The notes under the pieces: generated by a model
The model's database searches: none
What the model was told of the DNA's origin: nothing
Seen by the model: the letters and a program-made list of their open reading frames with translations, nothing else
Shown here: piece by piece, positions 37,522 to 46,320 of the stretch
Layout of the letters: each line of letters opens with the position of its first letter
Position numbering within the stretch: the stretch's first letter is position 1
Program-made: the position numbers and the translations under genes
IMG/VR virus record: IMGVR_UViG_3300028377_000005
Span: 51,648 to 115,647 of that record
Direction: 5' to 3' (one strand)
Length of the DNA: 64,000 nucleotides
Source: a virus

Positions 37522-38148
37522 TCAATTGAAACTCAGGGAGACACCTAAAGCCGGTACGACGTCCGCCGCCATATAGCCAAGGCCCACGCCCACGAAAACA
37601 TCTGCGTTGTTGGTCAGGTCCATACCGAGGCTTAACCCGAACGTCTTGAGGCCCGCATGAAACTGAAGGTGCCAATCCCACAAGTGGAAAGGTTCCAGTA
37701 AAAGCATCGGATCCATCATATCTGTCACATCGCCTTTACCGATGTAGGTCGGGAGCCACGCGGCCCCTAATTTAACCCGCAAGCGAAAGCCCCAATCATC
37801 GGTTTCTTTTTCTTGCCGATTGACGACCACTTCGTGTTCGCCTTTCATTTGGAGCTGCCACGTACACCATTGAAGATCGAATGCGCTTTCGTCTTGGGTA
37901 AATACTTGACCGTCATCCGTGATCGTGATCTGAATAGGCTCCCAATTTAGCTCGATCTCATCGTTTTCAGCGGCGTCGATCATGCAGTTATGCAAATCCA
38001 AAACGTCCGCGTACTCTTTAGCTTGCTCTTCCGGGATGCATTTGTACCCGTCCGGGCAGGATGCCCATGCTTTTGACATCTCTAAAGCGGTGATCCCGAT
38101 CACTACCAATACAAGGAACCCGAGTTTTAGGTACGTGCTGTTGATCAT
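37522..38148 (-). CDS. exported protein with C-terminal amphipathic beta strands (outer-membrane/spanin candidate)
   Basis: Signal-like N-terminus ending AWA-S; C-terminal LGVSLSFN. Confidence 0.6.
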   Translation of the reverse strand: MINSTYLKLGFLVLVVIGITALEMSKAWASCPDGYKCIPEEQAKEYADVLDLHNCMIDAAENDEIELNWEPIQITITDDGQVFTQDESAFDLQWCTWQLQMKGEHEVVVNRQEKETDDWGFRLRVKLGAAWLPTYIGKGDVTDMMDPMLLLEPFHLWDWHLQFHAGLKTFGLSLGMDLTNNADVFVGVGLGYMAADVVPALGVSLSFN

Positions 38149-38187
38149 ATCTCTATCTCCACGCCGCCGTGTAAAAGGGGGTCCGCA

Positions 38188-38706
38188 TTAGCTCCGAAGG
38201 TAATCAATGGTGTCTTGGTCAACCTTTTTTGGTCCCTCTTTGACAACCACTTCAAAGTTTTTCGGGGTGATTTCGATCACCTGTTCCACATCTGTATCTT
38301 CGACACCGGTAGGTAGCTTGATGGACTTTTCACCAGTGGACGTCTTGACCCGGATCTTTTTCTTGTCCCGGAAAGGATTCGACGAGCGGTCTAGGAGTTC
38401 AACTTCCTGTTGGACCCAACCAGTTTCGTCGGCTTCACCTTTCTTGATAGGCTTCCCGTCCTTGTCAACACGACCTTTAGGTACCTTGTTGGCAACCTTG
38501 ATCTCACTGTCGTCTTCGGGGCCGTCTGTACCAAATAGCTTACCAAGCACGCCGCCCACATTAAACCTATCCCCTACGCCGAACATAAGCATAAGCACCG
38601 CAACTAACACGACACCGATCGATATGATAAGGGCTACCGGATAACGAAGCAGCCAAGTATAAGCCGTTTTGAAAGCCGCTTTTGTTTTTTGCCAGATGGA
38701 ATCCAT
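38188..38706 (-). CDS. bitopic membrane protein (i-spanin candidate)
   Basis: One N-terminal TM (YPVALIISIGVVLVAVLMLMF) and a hydrophilic remainder. Confidence 0.65.
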   Translation of the reverse strand: MDSIWQKTKAAFKTAYTWLLRYPVALIISIGVVLVAVLMLMFGVGDRFNVGGVLGKLFGTDGPEDDSEIKVANKVPKGRVDKDGKPIKKGEADETGWVQQEVELLDRSSNPFRDKKKIRVKTSTGEKSIKLPTGVEDTDVEQVIEITPKNFEVVVKEGPKKVDQDTIDYLRS

Positions 38707-38798
38707 GTTGGCCTCTTTGGTTCGCGATTGTTACAAACCGCGATCTATAAACAGATACTCGATCCGAGATCTCCCGTCAAGGAGAGCGAGAAATAACA

Positions 38799-38834
38799 CC
38801 CTGACCGATACGTGATCAAGCGCATCGGTCAGGG
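38799..38834. terminator. hairpin terminator after the holin-like gene
   Basis: CCCTGACCGAT..ATCGGTCAGGG with T-rich tails on both strands. Confidence 0.65.
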
Positions 38835-38842
38835 CTTTTTGT

Positions 38843-39139
38843 TTACTCTTCGGGCAGCGCTTTAGTTTCGGCCTTGGCGTCTTTCTTGCTTTTGAAAAAG
38901 TCAGCCACGGGACCGGTAAATTTCTTACCGCCGTTGTAGGCAAGAAGTCCCCAGAATGCGTCCATAAGGTATGGGGGCATGGTTGACGCCGTTGCCCACA
39001 TATAAACCATCATCCCGAAAACGATCCAGTTCATCGATCGTCCAAGGGATAGGTGGCCGTCTTCAAGCAAAACAGACCCGAACTTGATCTCCTTGAAACG
39101 ATCTAGCCAGTCCTTAAAAATGTTCTTGTCTTTTTCCAT
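38843..39139 (-). CDS. small two-TM holin-like protein
   Basis: 98 aa; LSLGR then two hydrophobic segments and a basic C-terminus. Confidence 0.55.
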   Translation of the reverse strand: MEKDKNIFKDWLDRFKEIKFGSVLLEDGHLSLGRSMNWIVFGMMVYMWATASTMPPYLMDAFWGLLAYNGGKKFTGPVADFFKSKKDAKAETKALPEE

Positions 39140-39150
39140 TGCGTCACCTG

Positions 39151-40278
39151 TTAAGTTATGTAGGGTAAGTGCAGGGTAAAGGTCGTTCCTTGACCGGGTT
39201 CACTATCGACCTCGATGCTCCCCCCTGCATCCATTACGAATTGATAAATAAAATACCCACCAAGTCCGGTGCCCGTGTCTCGTTCTCGCGTCGTAAAGTA
39301 AGGTGCAAATACGTTTTGGGTGGCCTCTTCGTCCATCCCGCAACCATTATCTTCGAACTCCATAACCACGCAGTGATGGTGGTGTGTTTTTTCACATGCT
39401 CGGGTTCTGATTTCCATCCGGGCATCGGTGGCCAAGTGATCTGTGGCGCGGATAGCATTGTCAAACAGGTTAGTGAGCGTCTGGTAAAACCGGGATTTAC
39501 TCAACCGGACTACTTTGCCTACACCGTATTCGATATCAGCCTCGAAATGGCCGATGTACCTCTTGCCGGGTTCGATGTAGAACATCGTGCGGCAATAATG
39601 CTCAATGCTGTGGCCTAGATCGATCCGGTCATGCTGTTCGTTGAGTTCACGAATAGGTTCGGTCATATTGTTCAGGATCTCTGAGACGCGCCCTAACGTG
39701 TCCATGACCTTATCTGCCACTGCACCTTGTTCCCCTTGCTGAAGCACCTCTGTATATCCCCTAGCGATTGCTAATGGTGTTTTGAGTTCGTGGGAGATAC
39801 CGAAGAGCATGATCTGTAAGCGTTCGGCCCATTTGCGTTCTTCACGGGCCACGAGGACTTCCTCATTCACCTGAAGGCTTTCAAGAAGGACGAGGCAATA
39901 GCCCTCTTTCGGATGCTTGTAGATGCGGAGCATTGTGGGGTCTGCGAGGCCCTGTAATTGGATACCATGAGCCGCAAAAGGTTGGAGCGTGGTTTCCACT
40001 TCAAGGATATGTTTGAAGGTGCCGCGATCTTCAGGGACAAGGAACGCCGCGAAGTCCATACCCACATTTTTTTCAAGGCCACCTTTGAAAAAAATGTGGG
40101 CTGTCTTGTTGAAGTGCTGGATCTTGCCGTTCATGTCAGTGACAACGGCAAGATTGATGTTGTTGCGGTAACTTGGGAGGGAAGTAAGGCCCGACGTTAG
40201 ACGTTTAGCTCGCTTTATCAGCCACCATTTCCGAAAGGAACTGAGCCAGTTTTGCAGATGAGAAATGATCTTTTTCAT
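39151..40278 (-). CDS. cytoplasmic PAS-HisKA-HATPase sensor histidine kinase (start uncertain)
   Basis: VVTDMNGKIQHFNKTA (PAS-like); ISHELKTPL (H box); NLFDNA (N); EDNGCGM (G1); FAPYFTT (F); GTGLG (G2). Confidence 0.95.
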   Translation of the reverse strand: MKKIISHLQNWLSSFRKWWLIKRAKRLTSGLTSLPSYRNNINLAVVTDMNGKIQHFNKTAHIFFKGGLEKNVGMDFAAFLVPEDRGTFKHILEVETTLQPFAAHGIQLQGLADPTMLRIYKHPKEGYCLVLLESLQVNEEVLVAREERKWAERLQIMLFGISHELKTPLAIARGYTEVLQQGEQGAVADKVMDTLGRVSEILNNMTEPIRELNEQHDRIDLGHSIEHYCRTMFYIEPGKRYIGHFEADIEYGVGKVVRLSKSRFYQTLTNLFDNAIRATDHLATDARMEIRTRACEKTHHHHCVVMEFEDNGCGMDEEATQNVFAPYFTTRERDTGTGLGGYFIYQFVMDAGGSIEVDSEPGQGTTFTLHLPYIT

Positions 40279-40591
40279 AGACTTGCTCCCCCGTGTCTTG
40301 TGCGGCAATGAATTCCGGGCTTTGTTGGTGGCAGCCAGTCAAGAAAATGACAGGAGGGTAATAGTCGTGGTTGTGCAACCACTGGTAGAAGTCAAGCCCT
40401 CCCTCCCCATTGATGATCAGATCAATGATAACAGCGTCGGGTTCACCGTGTTCGATCATATAGGCTTTGGCGCGGTTGATAGCATGTGCTTTTTCCGTGC
40501 AAATTTCTACGTCGAAACGGGCCGACAATGTGACCTTGAGCATGGTCGCCATTTCACTGTCGTCTTCAATCACGAGCACTTTGGGCTTCAT
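40205..40591 (-). CDS. single-domain response regulator (receiver)
   Basis: VLVIEDD, PDAVIIDL (phospho-Asp), PVIFLTG, YEK; GGAG RBS. Confidence 0.93.
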   Translation of the reverse strand: MKPKVLVIEDDSEMATMLKVTLSARFDVEICTEKAHAINRAKAYMIEHGEPDAVIIDLIINGEGGLDFYQWLHNHDYYPPVIFLTGCHQQSPEFIAAQDTGEQVYEKDHFSSAKLAQFLSEMVADKAS

Positions 40592-40607
40592 AAACTACTC
40601 CGGTACG

Positions 40608-41057
40608 TTAATCGGTAGAAGGCTTGCCTACTACTTGAGAATCGGGATCTCCGTTCGCTTTTTCTATCTTCAGGTCCGTGTTGGCAATGTACAGAGATAC
40701 GGCCCCGGCTGCTAATGAAATCAGCAGAGGCCAAACCCACTTGAGCATCTTCACTGAGCCTTGGATCTCTTTGATGGAGTCCCGGTTTTCTTGGCTGTTT
40801 TTGCCTGCTTTTTCGATCGTGGTATTTTGATTTCTGAGAGTCTCTTCCACACGGGAAAGTGTACTACTTACCTCCCCCACATCCGAAGAAATGTTCCCGA
40901 GCGCCTTTTCTTGCTTCTCCATGTCACTGTGGACTTGGGAGATAAACTTGAATAGCTGATCGTCACGTGTTTTGCGTACCGATTTTTCGGCAATCAAACG
41001 CTCTTCCATCCGGGTCAGACGTTCTTTTACTCCATCAATTTTGTCGTCATCTGCCAT
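40608..41057 (-). CDS. coiled-coil protein with C-terminal TM
   Basis: Heptad-rich N-terminal part then WVWPLLISLAAGAVSLYI; common layout in phage lysis/tail regions. Confidence 0.7.
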   Translation of the reverse strand: MADDDKIDGVKERLTRMEERLIAEKSVRKTRDDQLFKFISQVHSDMEKQEKALGNISSDVGEVSSTLSRVEETLRNQNTTIEKAGKNSQENRDSIKEIQGSVKMLKWVWPLLISLAAGAVSLYIANTDLKIEKANGDPDSQVVGKPSTD

Positions 41058-41069
41058 AGCGCCCCCGGC

Positions 41070-41240
41070 TTATTCTCTGAGACGTTGCGTTAATTTACGA
41101 AGCTGTTCCCGTAACTCTTTGCTTTGGTCATCCGTTAAATTAGGCCCTGCCAACTGACTCCGCACTTGGTCCATCCGTTTACGAATCGACTGGCGCTGTT
41201 TTTCAGTTGACAGGTCACTTAGTTTAATTTTCCGAATCAT
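41070..41240 (-). CDS. 56-aa basic helical protein MIRKIKLSDLSTEKQRQS..LTQRLRE
   Basis: Translated by hand; GAGGT RBS; fills the gap between neighbours. Confidence 0.6.
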   Translation of the reverse strand: MIRKIKLSDLSTEKQRQSIRKRMDQVRSQLAGPNLTDDQSKELREQLRKLTQRLRE

Positions 41241-41248
41241 TACTTACC

Positions 41249-44200
41249 TCAGCAATGGTCGTCAGTGGGGGGAGCAATTGGTCCCGAAGGGTCACGTCCT
41301 CGGAGGGCTTCAACGTCACCCTTTACATTGCGCATTCGCTTCTGTAACGGGCGGCCTTCGATTCGATAACGATCGGCGGCGCAATACCCTTCACCTGCTC
41401 CCATCGGATGCATCTGAATCAAGAGGTCTACAAACTCTTTAGTGTAATCTCCGGTCAAGTCCAATTCTTCACCAAGCGTCATGCCGGTCAGAACAAGCAT
41501 CTGGACTTCATCGCCGAAGCTCGCTTTCAGATCATCGTCAGTAACGACTTCGCTTTTGTTGCGCACCAAGAAAGCTACACCAAACAGGACGGCCCCATGC
41601 ATCTTGAGGTTTTTAGCATCCGGGTTGTTCAGGTACGGGAGGTCTTTGTAAGTACGTCCACCCGACATAACAACCGCACCACCGGGTTTACTACCGCTTG
41701 CTGTCATAACGGTACCACCACGCAATGTGCGGTAAAGCTCATGGGTGTGTTCGTATTGCAAACCGCTGGTTCCGTCGCTGAATACCATCGCACCACTAAG
41801 GGTCGTTTTGCTGAGGCGGCGATCACTATGGTAATCACCAAGAGTTTCCATTGACACGTCCGGTGTCCAGAACCGCTTGTAATCGCCCTGAACGCCTTCG
41901 CCGATGAACTGGTAGTCACTAACCATCAACCCGAGAGGCAAGCGCTCAGTGACGCCCCCAAGGGTTTCAGATAGTGAGGGAGCTACCGTCTCCCCCGATT
42001 GCGTGTAGGGGTGTGCCCTAGACAGAACCTTACGGTCGTCGTCGGTTAGCGCCTCAAAAGGATAACCCGACAAGTCAAGGTACCCAATGTCTGTATACGA
42101 CCCCGGAACCACGGGACCACTGACGACGCCTGTTCCTAGAGTTGTAGCGAAGGGCAAAGCTGCTAGGATCTCTAGCGTGCCGGGGTTAGACACACGCACG
42201 TCTTCTTCGACATCGAAAGACGTCAAGAGGTCAAGCACATTGGCTTGGCTTTCGGTGTTACGCTTCGGGGTGTAATCCACGTAATCCACCGAAGACGTGT
42301 CCGTTGTCGCTGTCGGCATCGTACCATAGATCGAACCTTGATACGGCACCCGCGTATTAATCAGAAAGAACTCATCGCCAGTTTCCGCTGGCCCGTTCAC
42401 GAACATTTGGAAACTGTTCGAAAGCGCCGTGGAGGTAATGGTTCGTTTGTGAATGCGCATCAGGTCCGCTTTCCAATCATCGAAAAGGAACGCGGCAAAC
42501 TCAAACACTAGGGGTTGCCCCTCTAGGTCATCGCTTAAATAGTTCTGGTCAAGAGCGTCTTCTGGGATCACGAACGTGTTGTCATCCGTGATAATCAAAG
42601 AACGACGCTCCGCATCCGTCCGCAAAATGTTTGGGCGGTCTACACCCGAGGCAACACGATGTTGCGGACCGGAAAAGATACTGCTGCCCGGCGAAATATT
42701 GTAGTAATCATCTTGCGTATGTGCTGCGAACAGGCGAGCAACACCGAAATGAGCCGGAAGTTCAATCCCCCGGACACCACCTTTGTTATAGTAACGGCAA
42801 ACAAGAGCGCTTTGACCTCCGGGACCGCTACCAACTCCCGCCAAATCGAGGTAGCTTCCGAAGTCTGTATCCGTCATATTGACAGGATCGTATACGGCCA
42901 CCATTTTCTGGGACAAAAAGTTAGCCGTATTGAGGTCGGGACTACCCGATAGGAACGTACAGTTTAGCCCGTAAGCCGGTTCTGTCGAAGTTGCAGGCAC
43001 TGACGCCTTGGACTTGACAAAAGGAATGTCAATCCGTCCTAGCGAGGGTCGAAGCTCTTTGGGAACCACAACACTAGCATCGGAATCACCCGGTACTAGA
43101 TTGAATTCACCTGTGGGGTCCGTATAGGAGATAGCACTCGGGTTGCTTTGGAGGTCGAGACGTGCCGATACATTGCGCACAGGCTGGTAAAGGACCGTTT
43201 TAGACCCTCTATCCACATAGGCTTCTGCCCATACGGATTCAGGGCCTTTCGCAACATCTTGGGGATCCCGAACCTGCAGTTCTTTGTTCTGTTTGTGCGG
43301 GTAAGCCGTCAAAGATACAACAGGGCTTTTCTTTACCGTGGCTGCAGGGGAATCAGCAACATTTTGGTAGTCGTTTTCCCGGAGGTAATTAGCCCCAACG
43401 CCCGGATTTAGTTCAACATGCAATGCTTCATCCGGGACACGGCTGAGGCCGCGAGCCGGGTGGTACAGAAGATCATACGACACATTAAGCGACGACTCGA
43501 CCGCCGTGGCTGTTGCATTGGTGAGGACAATTGCCATGTCCTCATCATTCTCGTGGCATTCCGTAAGGCGGAGCGACCATGTACGGTTGTCCGTGTTGGC
43601 CGAGAAACCTGTTGTTCCTCCATCTGCGGCAACCACCTCAAGGTTGCCACTACCATCGACTCCGGTGATTCGGAACGCACCGTGGTTTTCAGGGTGCGTT
43701 GAAGTTGCCGTAGACCCTGCTGTGATCAGGATCCACGCACCGGCATTGAGCAACGCTGTTTCATCCGCCGCCGTAAAAGTGGTCCCTGAGATTTGAACTA
43801 CATCAGGAGTGCCGGGTACAAAAGTAAGATCATTTTGGCCTTCTGAAGAAACCGAAAGACCATCGACCTTCGATCCGAGGACCATAAACCAAGGATCGGC
43901 GTCCGTGGATTCCAGTGTCAAGGGAGCGTCTTTGCCTGCCGCACCATCAGCCGGGTCGGTGTCGCCAAACCAAATACGCACAGGGCTGTGACTAGATCCG
44001 TCGTACTCAAACGGATGTACGAAACGCACTTTACGGTTGTTGGGTGCCGACAACGGGAACGTAGCGCGGTACTGATCAAGGTCGAGAAGGACTACATCAT
44101 TTTGGCCCCAATTCTCAGCGCTTGAGGAGTTATAGCGATGAATAGTGGCATTGGGGTTTAGCGTCAGATCAGACGAATCTTCCGACGAACCCGAAGTACC

Positions 44201-45652
44201 CAACACCATCAGGTTATTGGGCTGCAGGGTACTGGCGTCACTGAACACTTTGCGCTTCCCATCGGGAGCGTCAGCTTTGATTGTATAGTCTGGCGCTACC
44301 GAACCCGCCCCGAAATAGTCGATCTGGAAATGTTTACGGCCTTTCACATTAGCCGAGGAACGTTTCCACGAAGTTGCCATTTCACCTTTGATAAGATCAT
44401 CAAAGTTTTTGCGAAGTAGCCCGTCGTAATCTAACCCGTCCATCGAAATGACGTGGCGGATATCGAGTACATCGTCCGGGGTAATCTGGTCACTGAACAA
44501 CCCGAGGGGGTGCCCGGACACAAAGTCTACCGAAGCGCTTACATCATGCGACGTGGCATGGGAATCACGAGCACCACGTTCGCTAATTGTGATCGTAGTA
44601 GCTGTGTAATCACTGTACTCCATGATCTCACCATCTACACGAAGCAAACCACCACCGGAGTCTAAGGTGGTAGCACTTTGCGTTGTGTCGACAGAGATAA
44701 CCGTGTCGGTTGCGCTCATGTCAGCGGTGATTTTGACGGTCGGGAGCACCTTGGCTTCCGACCGATCTGTCATATCAGGGTTACGATCAAAGGCACCATG
44801 CTGCTGCGTCTTGGTCCAGCTAAGGGTTGTGCGGCGGAAAACCATGCAAAGGGGTACCGCATACACATAACCATCCACGGTCCCAACCAGACCCGATTCA
44901 CCGTCACCATCACCGGCCCTCCACAGGCCCGGATCACCAAGCTCTTCTTTCATGTTGGTGAACTGGTAAGCCGGGTTGGCACTCGTGGTCGGGTTATCTA
45001 GCGTGCCTTGAGCCTTGACGCCCGGCGAAAAGCCGTGGGGATACAAAGCCGGGTTCACACCGGGAACCACGCGGAGGCGGTATTGCAATTGCACCCGTTC
45101 CGTGGTTTCAAAAAGGATAGCCGGATCTAGCAAATCATTATCGAGGTTTGTGCCCCCATACTCTACATTGCCGTACTTGTAAAGCTGGCTTTCCGAGGGT
45201 TTATTAACCGCACCGTCAGGGCTGACCTGTGATTTCCAGACCTCAAGGAACACGAAATTCACATCCGATTCCGAGGGAGTCCCCGAAGGCGGCGGAAGCA
45301 TGATCGAATTTTTCGTATCATTGGATTGAGTGCCAACGACTGGAATCAACCAACCATTGACATTCGCCCAGACAATATCCCCTTCACTATTTGCCCGGTC
45401 TTTACCTAACCAGAACATGTTCGAAGCTTGTCTATCAAACTCAAAGTCCGCCCGTGGATCGTATGCATTACTAATCCAGCCAGACGACACATTCGCTGAC
45501 ACGATGGTTTGACGGGCTTCCTCAGTCAATTGGGTAAGGAGGTTGAACTCCGCATCCAGAGGAGGCTTGCCACGCTGCCATACGATGTTGACGAACTGTC
45601 GGGCTTTTGCGGATAGGTTACGGGATACGCCGTCGCCGAAGAATTCCGACAT
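41249..45652 (-). CDS. large virion/tail protein, paralog of 51950-54502
   Basis: 1467 aa, beta-rich; N-terminal WQRGKPPLDAEFN, FLEVW, VQLQYRLR, DGYVYAVPL. Confidence 0.75.
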   Translation of the reverse strand: MSEFFGDGVSRNLSAKARQFVNIVWQRGKPPLDAEFNLLTQLTEEARQTIVSANVSSGWISNAYDPRADFEFDRQASNMFWLGKDRANSEGDIVWANVNGWLIPVVGTQSNDTKNSIMLPPPSGTPSESDVNFVFLEVWKSQVSPDGAVNKPSESQLYKYGNVEYGGTNLDNDLLDPAILFETTERVQLQYRLRVVPGVNPALYPHGFSPGVKAQGTLDNPTTSANPAYQFTNMKEELGDPGLWRAGDGDGESGLVGTVDGYVYAVPLCMVFRRTTLSWTKTQQHGAFDRNPDMTDRSEAKVLPTVKITADMSATDTVISVDTTQSATTLDSGGGLLRVDGEIMEYSDYTATTITISERGARDSHATSHDVSASVDFVSGHPLGLFSDQITPDDVLDIRHVISMDGLDYDGLLRKNFDDLIKGEMATSWKRSSANVKGRKHFQIDYFGAGSVAPDYTIKADAPDGKRKVFSDASTLQPNNLMVLGTSGSSEDSSDLTLNPNATIHRYNSSSAENWGQNDVVLLDLDQYRATFPLSAPNNRKVRFVHPFEYDGSSHSPVRIWFGDTDPADGAAGKDAPLTLESTDADPWFMVLGSKVDGLSVSSEGQNDLTFVPGTPDVVQISGTTFTAADETALLNAGAWILITAGSTATSTHPENHGAFRITGVDGSGNLEVVAADGGTTGFSANTDNRTWSLRLTECHENDEDMAIVLTNATATAVESSLNVSYDLLYHPARGLSRVPDEALHVELNPGVGANYLRENDYQNVADSPAATVKKSPVVSLTAYPHKQNKELQVRDPQDVAKGPESVWAEAYVDRGSKTVLYQPVRNVSARLDLQSNPSAISYTDPTGEFNLVPGDSDASVVVPKELRPSLGRIDIPFVKSKASVPATSTEPAYGLNCTFLSGSPDLNTANFLSQKMVAVYDPVNMTDTDFGSYLDLAGVGSGPGGQSALVCRYYNKGGVRGIELPAHFGVARLFAAHTQDDYYNISPGSSIFSGPQHRVASGVDRPNILRTDAERRSLIITDDNTFVIPEDALDQNYLSDDLEGQPLVFEFAAFLFDDWKADLMRIHKRTITSTALSNSFQMFVNGPAETGDEFFLINTRVPYQGSIYGTMPTATTDTSSVDYVDYTPKRNTESQANVLDLLTSFDVEEDVRVSNPGTLEILAALPFATTLGTGVVSGPVVPGSYTDIGYLDLSGYPFEALTDDDRKVLSRAHPYTQSGETVAPSLSETLGGVTERLPLGLMVSDYQFIGEGVQGDYKRFWTPDVSMETLGDYHSDRRLSKTTLSGAMVFSDGTSGLQYEHTHELYRTLRGGTVMTASGSKPGGAVVMSGGRTYKDLPYLNNPDAKNLKMHGAVLFGVAFLVRNKSEVVTDDDLKASFGDEVQMLVLTGMTLGEELDLTGDYTKEFVDLLIQMHPMGAGEGYCAADRYRIEGRPLQKRMRNVKGDVEALRGRDPSGPIAPPTDDHC

Positions 45653-45666
45653 GCCAAATACCTCTG

Positions 45667-46311
45667 TTAGTACAAGATCGCGAAGCTACCAAGGTAGTAT
45701 CGCGTTGTGGAAGTGTTCTCGAATCTCAATCTGATCTGATTCCCTGCCATCGGCATGATCACTGTTTGAAGGTGATATGCGGACTCGAAGGAAGTTCCAC
45801 CGTCATTAGATATAGATACATTAACCATGTCCGCGTCAACCGGGACGTAACGGATCTCTGTGCGATCTCCCACTTCCGTATGGGTAAGTTCGTATAGCTC
45901 CCAATACACGGTGAATCGATCAAAAATTCCATCCCCTGATACATCAAACGAAACCGTCTCTAATCCACCGGGTGTACCGCCGCCAGCTTGGAGCCATGTC
46001 ACCCCATTGCCGGTGGCAAAATGGGTGGAGAAAGGTACTGAGATATCCCACGACGTAGAATCCTCAAGCTCGTCGCCGAGGATATAACTGTAAGCAGGAT
46101 AATCCACCAAGAGTCCCGCCCATTTTTCGTCGATCAGGCCATAGAGTTCATCTTCCGGGTCATTACTGCCTTGCAAAAGGTTAAAGGTCGTGGGGTCAAC
46201 AGAAACCGTATCCGGCACGTTGAGTACCCGGAAACCATTGACCACGACGTCCTCGAGATCCTTGTAAGAAGCCCGGATCTTGTTGCCTTTATTTTCGATC
46301 AAATAGTACAT
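45667..46311 (-). CDS. virion structural protein
   Basis: SISNDGGTSF motif; within the structural operon. Confidence 0.65.
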   Translation of the reverse strand: MYYLIENKGNKIRASYKDLEDVVVNGFRVLNVPDTVSVDPTTFNLLQGSNDPEDELYGLIDEKWAGLLVDYPAYSYILGDELEDSTSWDISVPFSTHFATGNGVTWLQAGGGTPGGLETVSFDVSGDGIFDRFTVYWELYELTHTEVGDRTEIRYVPVDADMVNVSISNDGGTSFESAYHLQTVIMPMAGNQIRLRFENTSTTRYYLGSFAILY

Positions 46312-46320
46312 GTTACCTCA

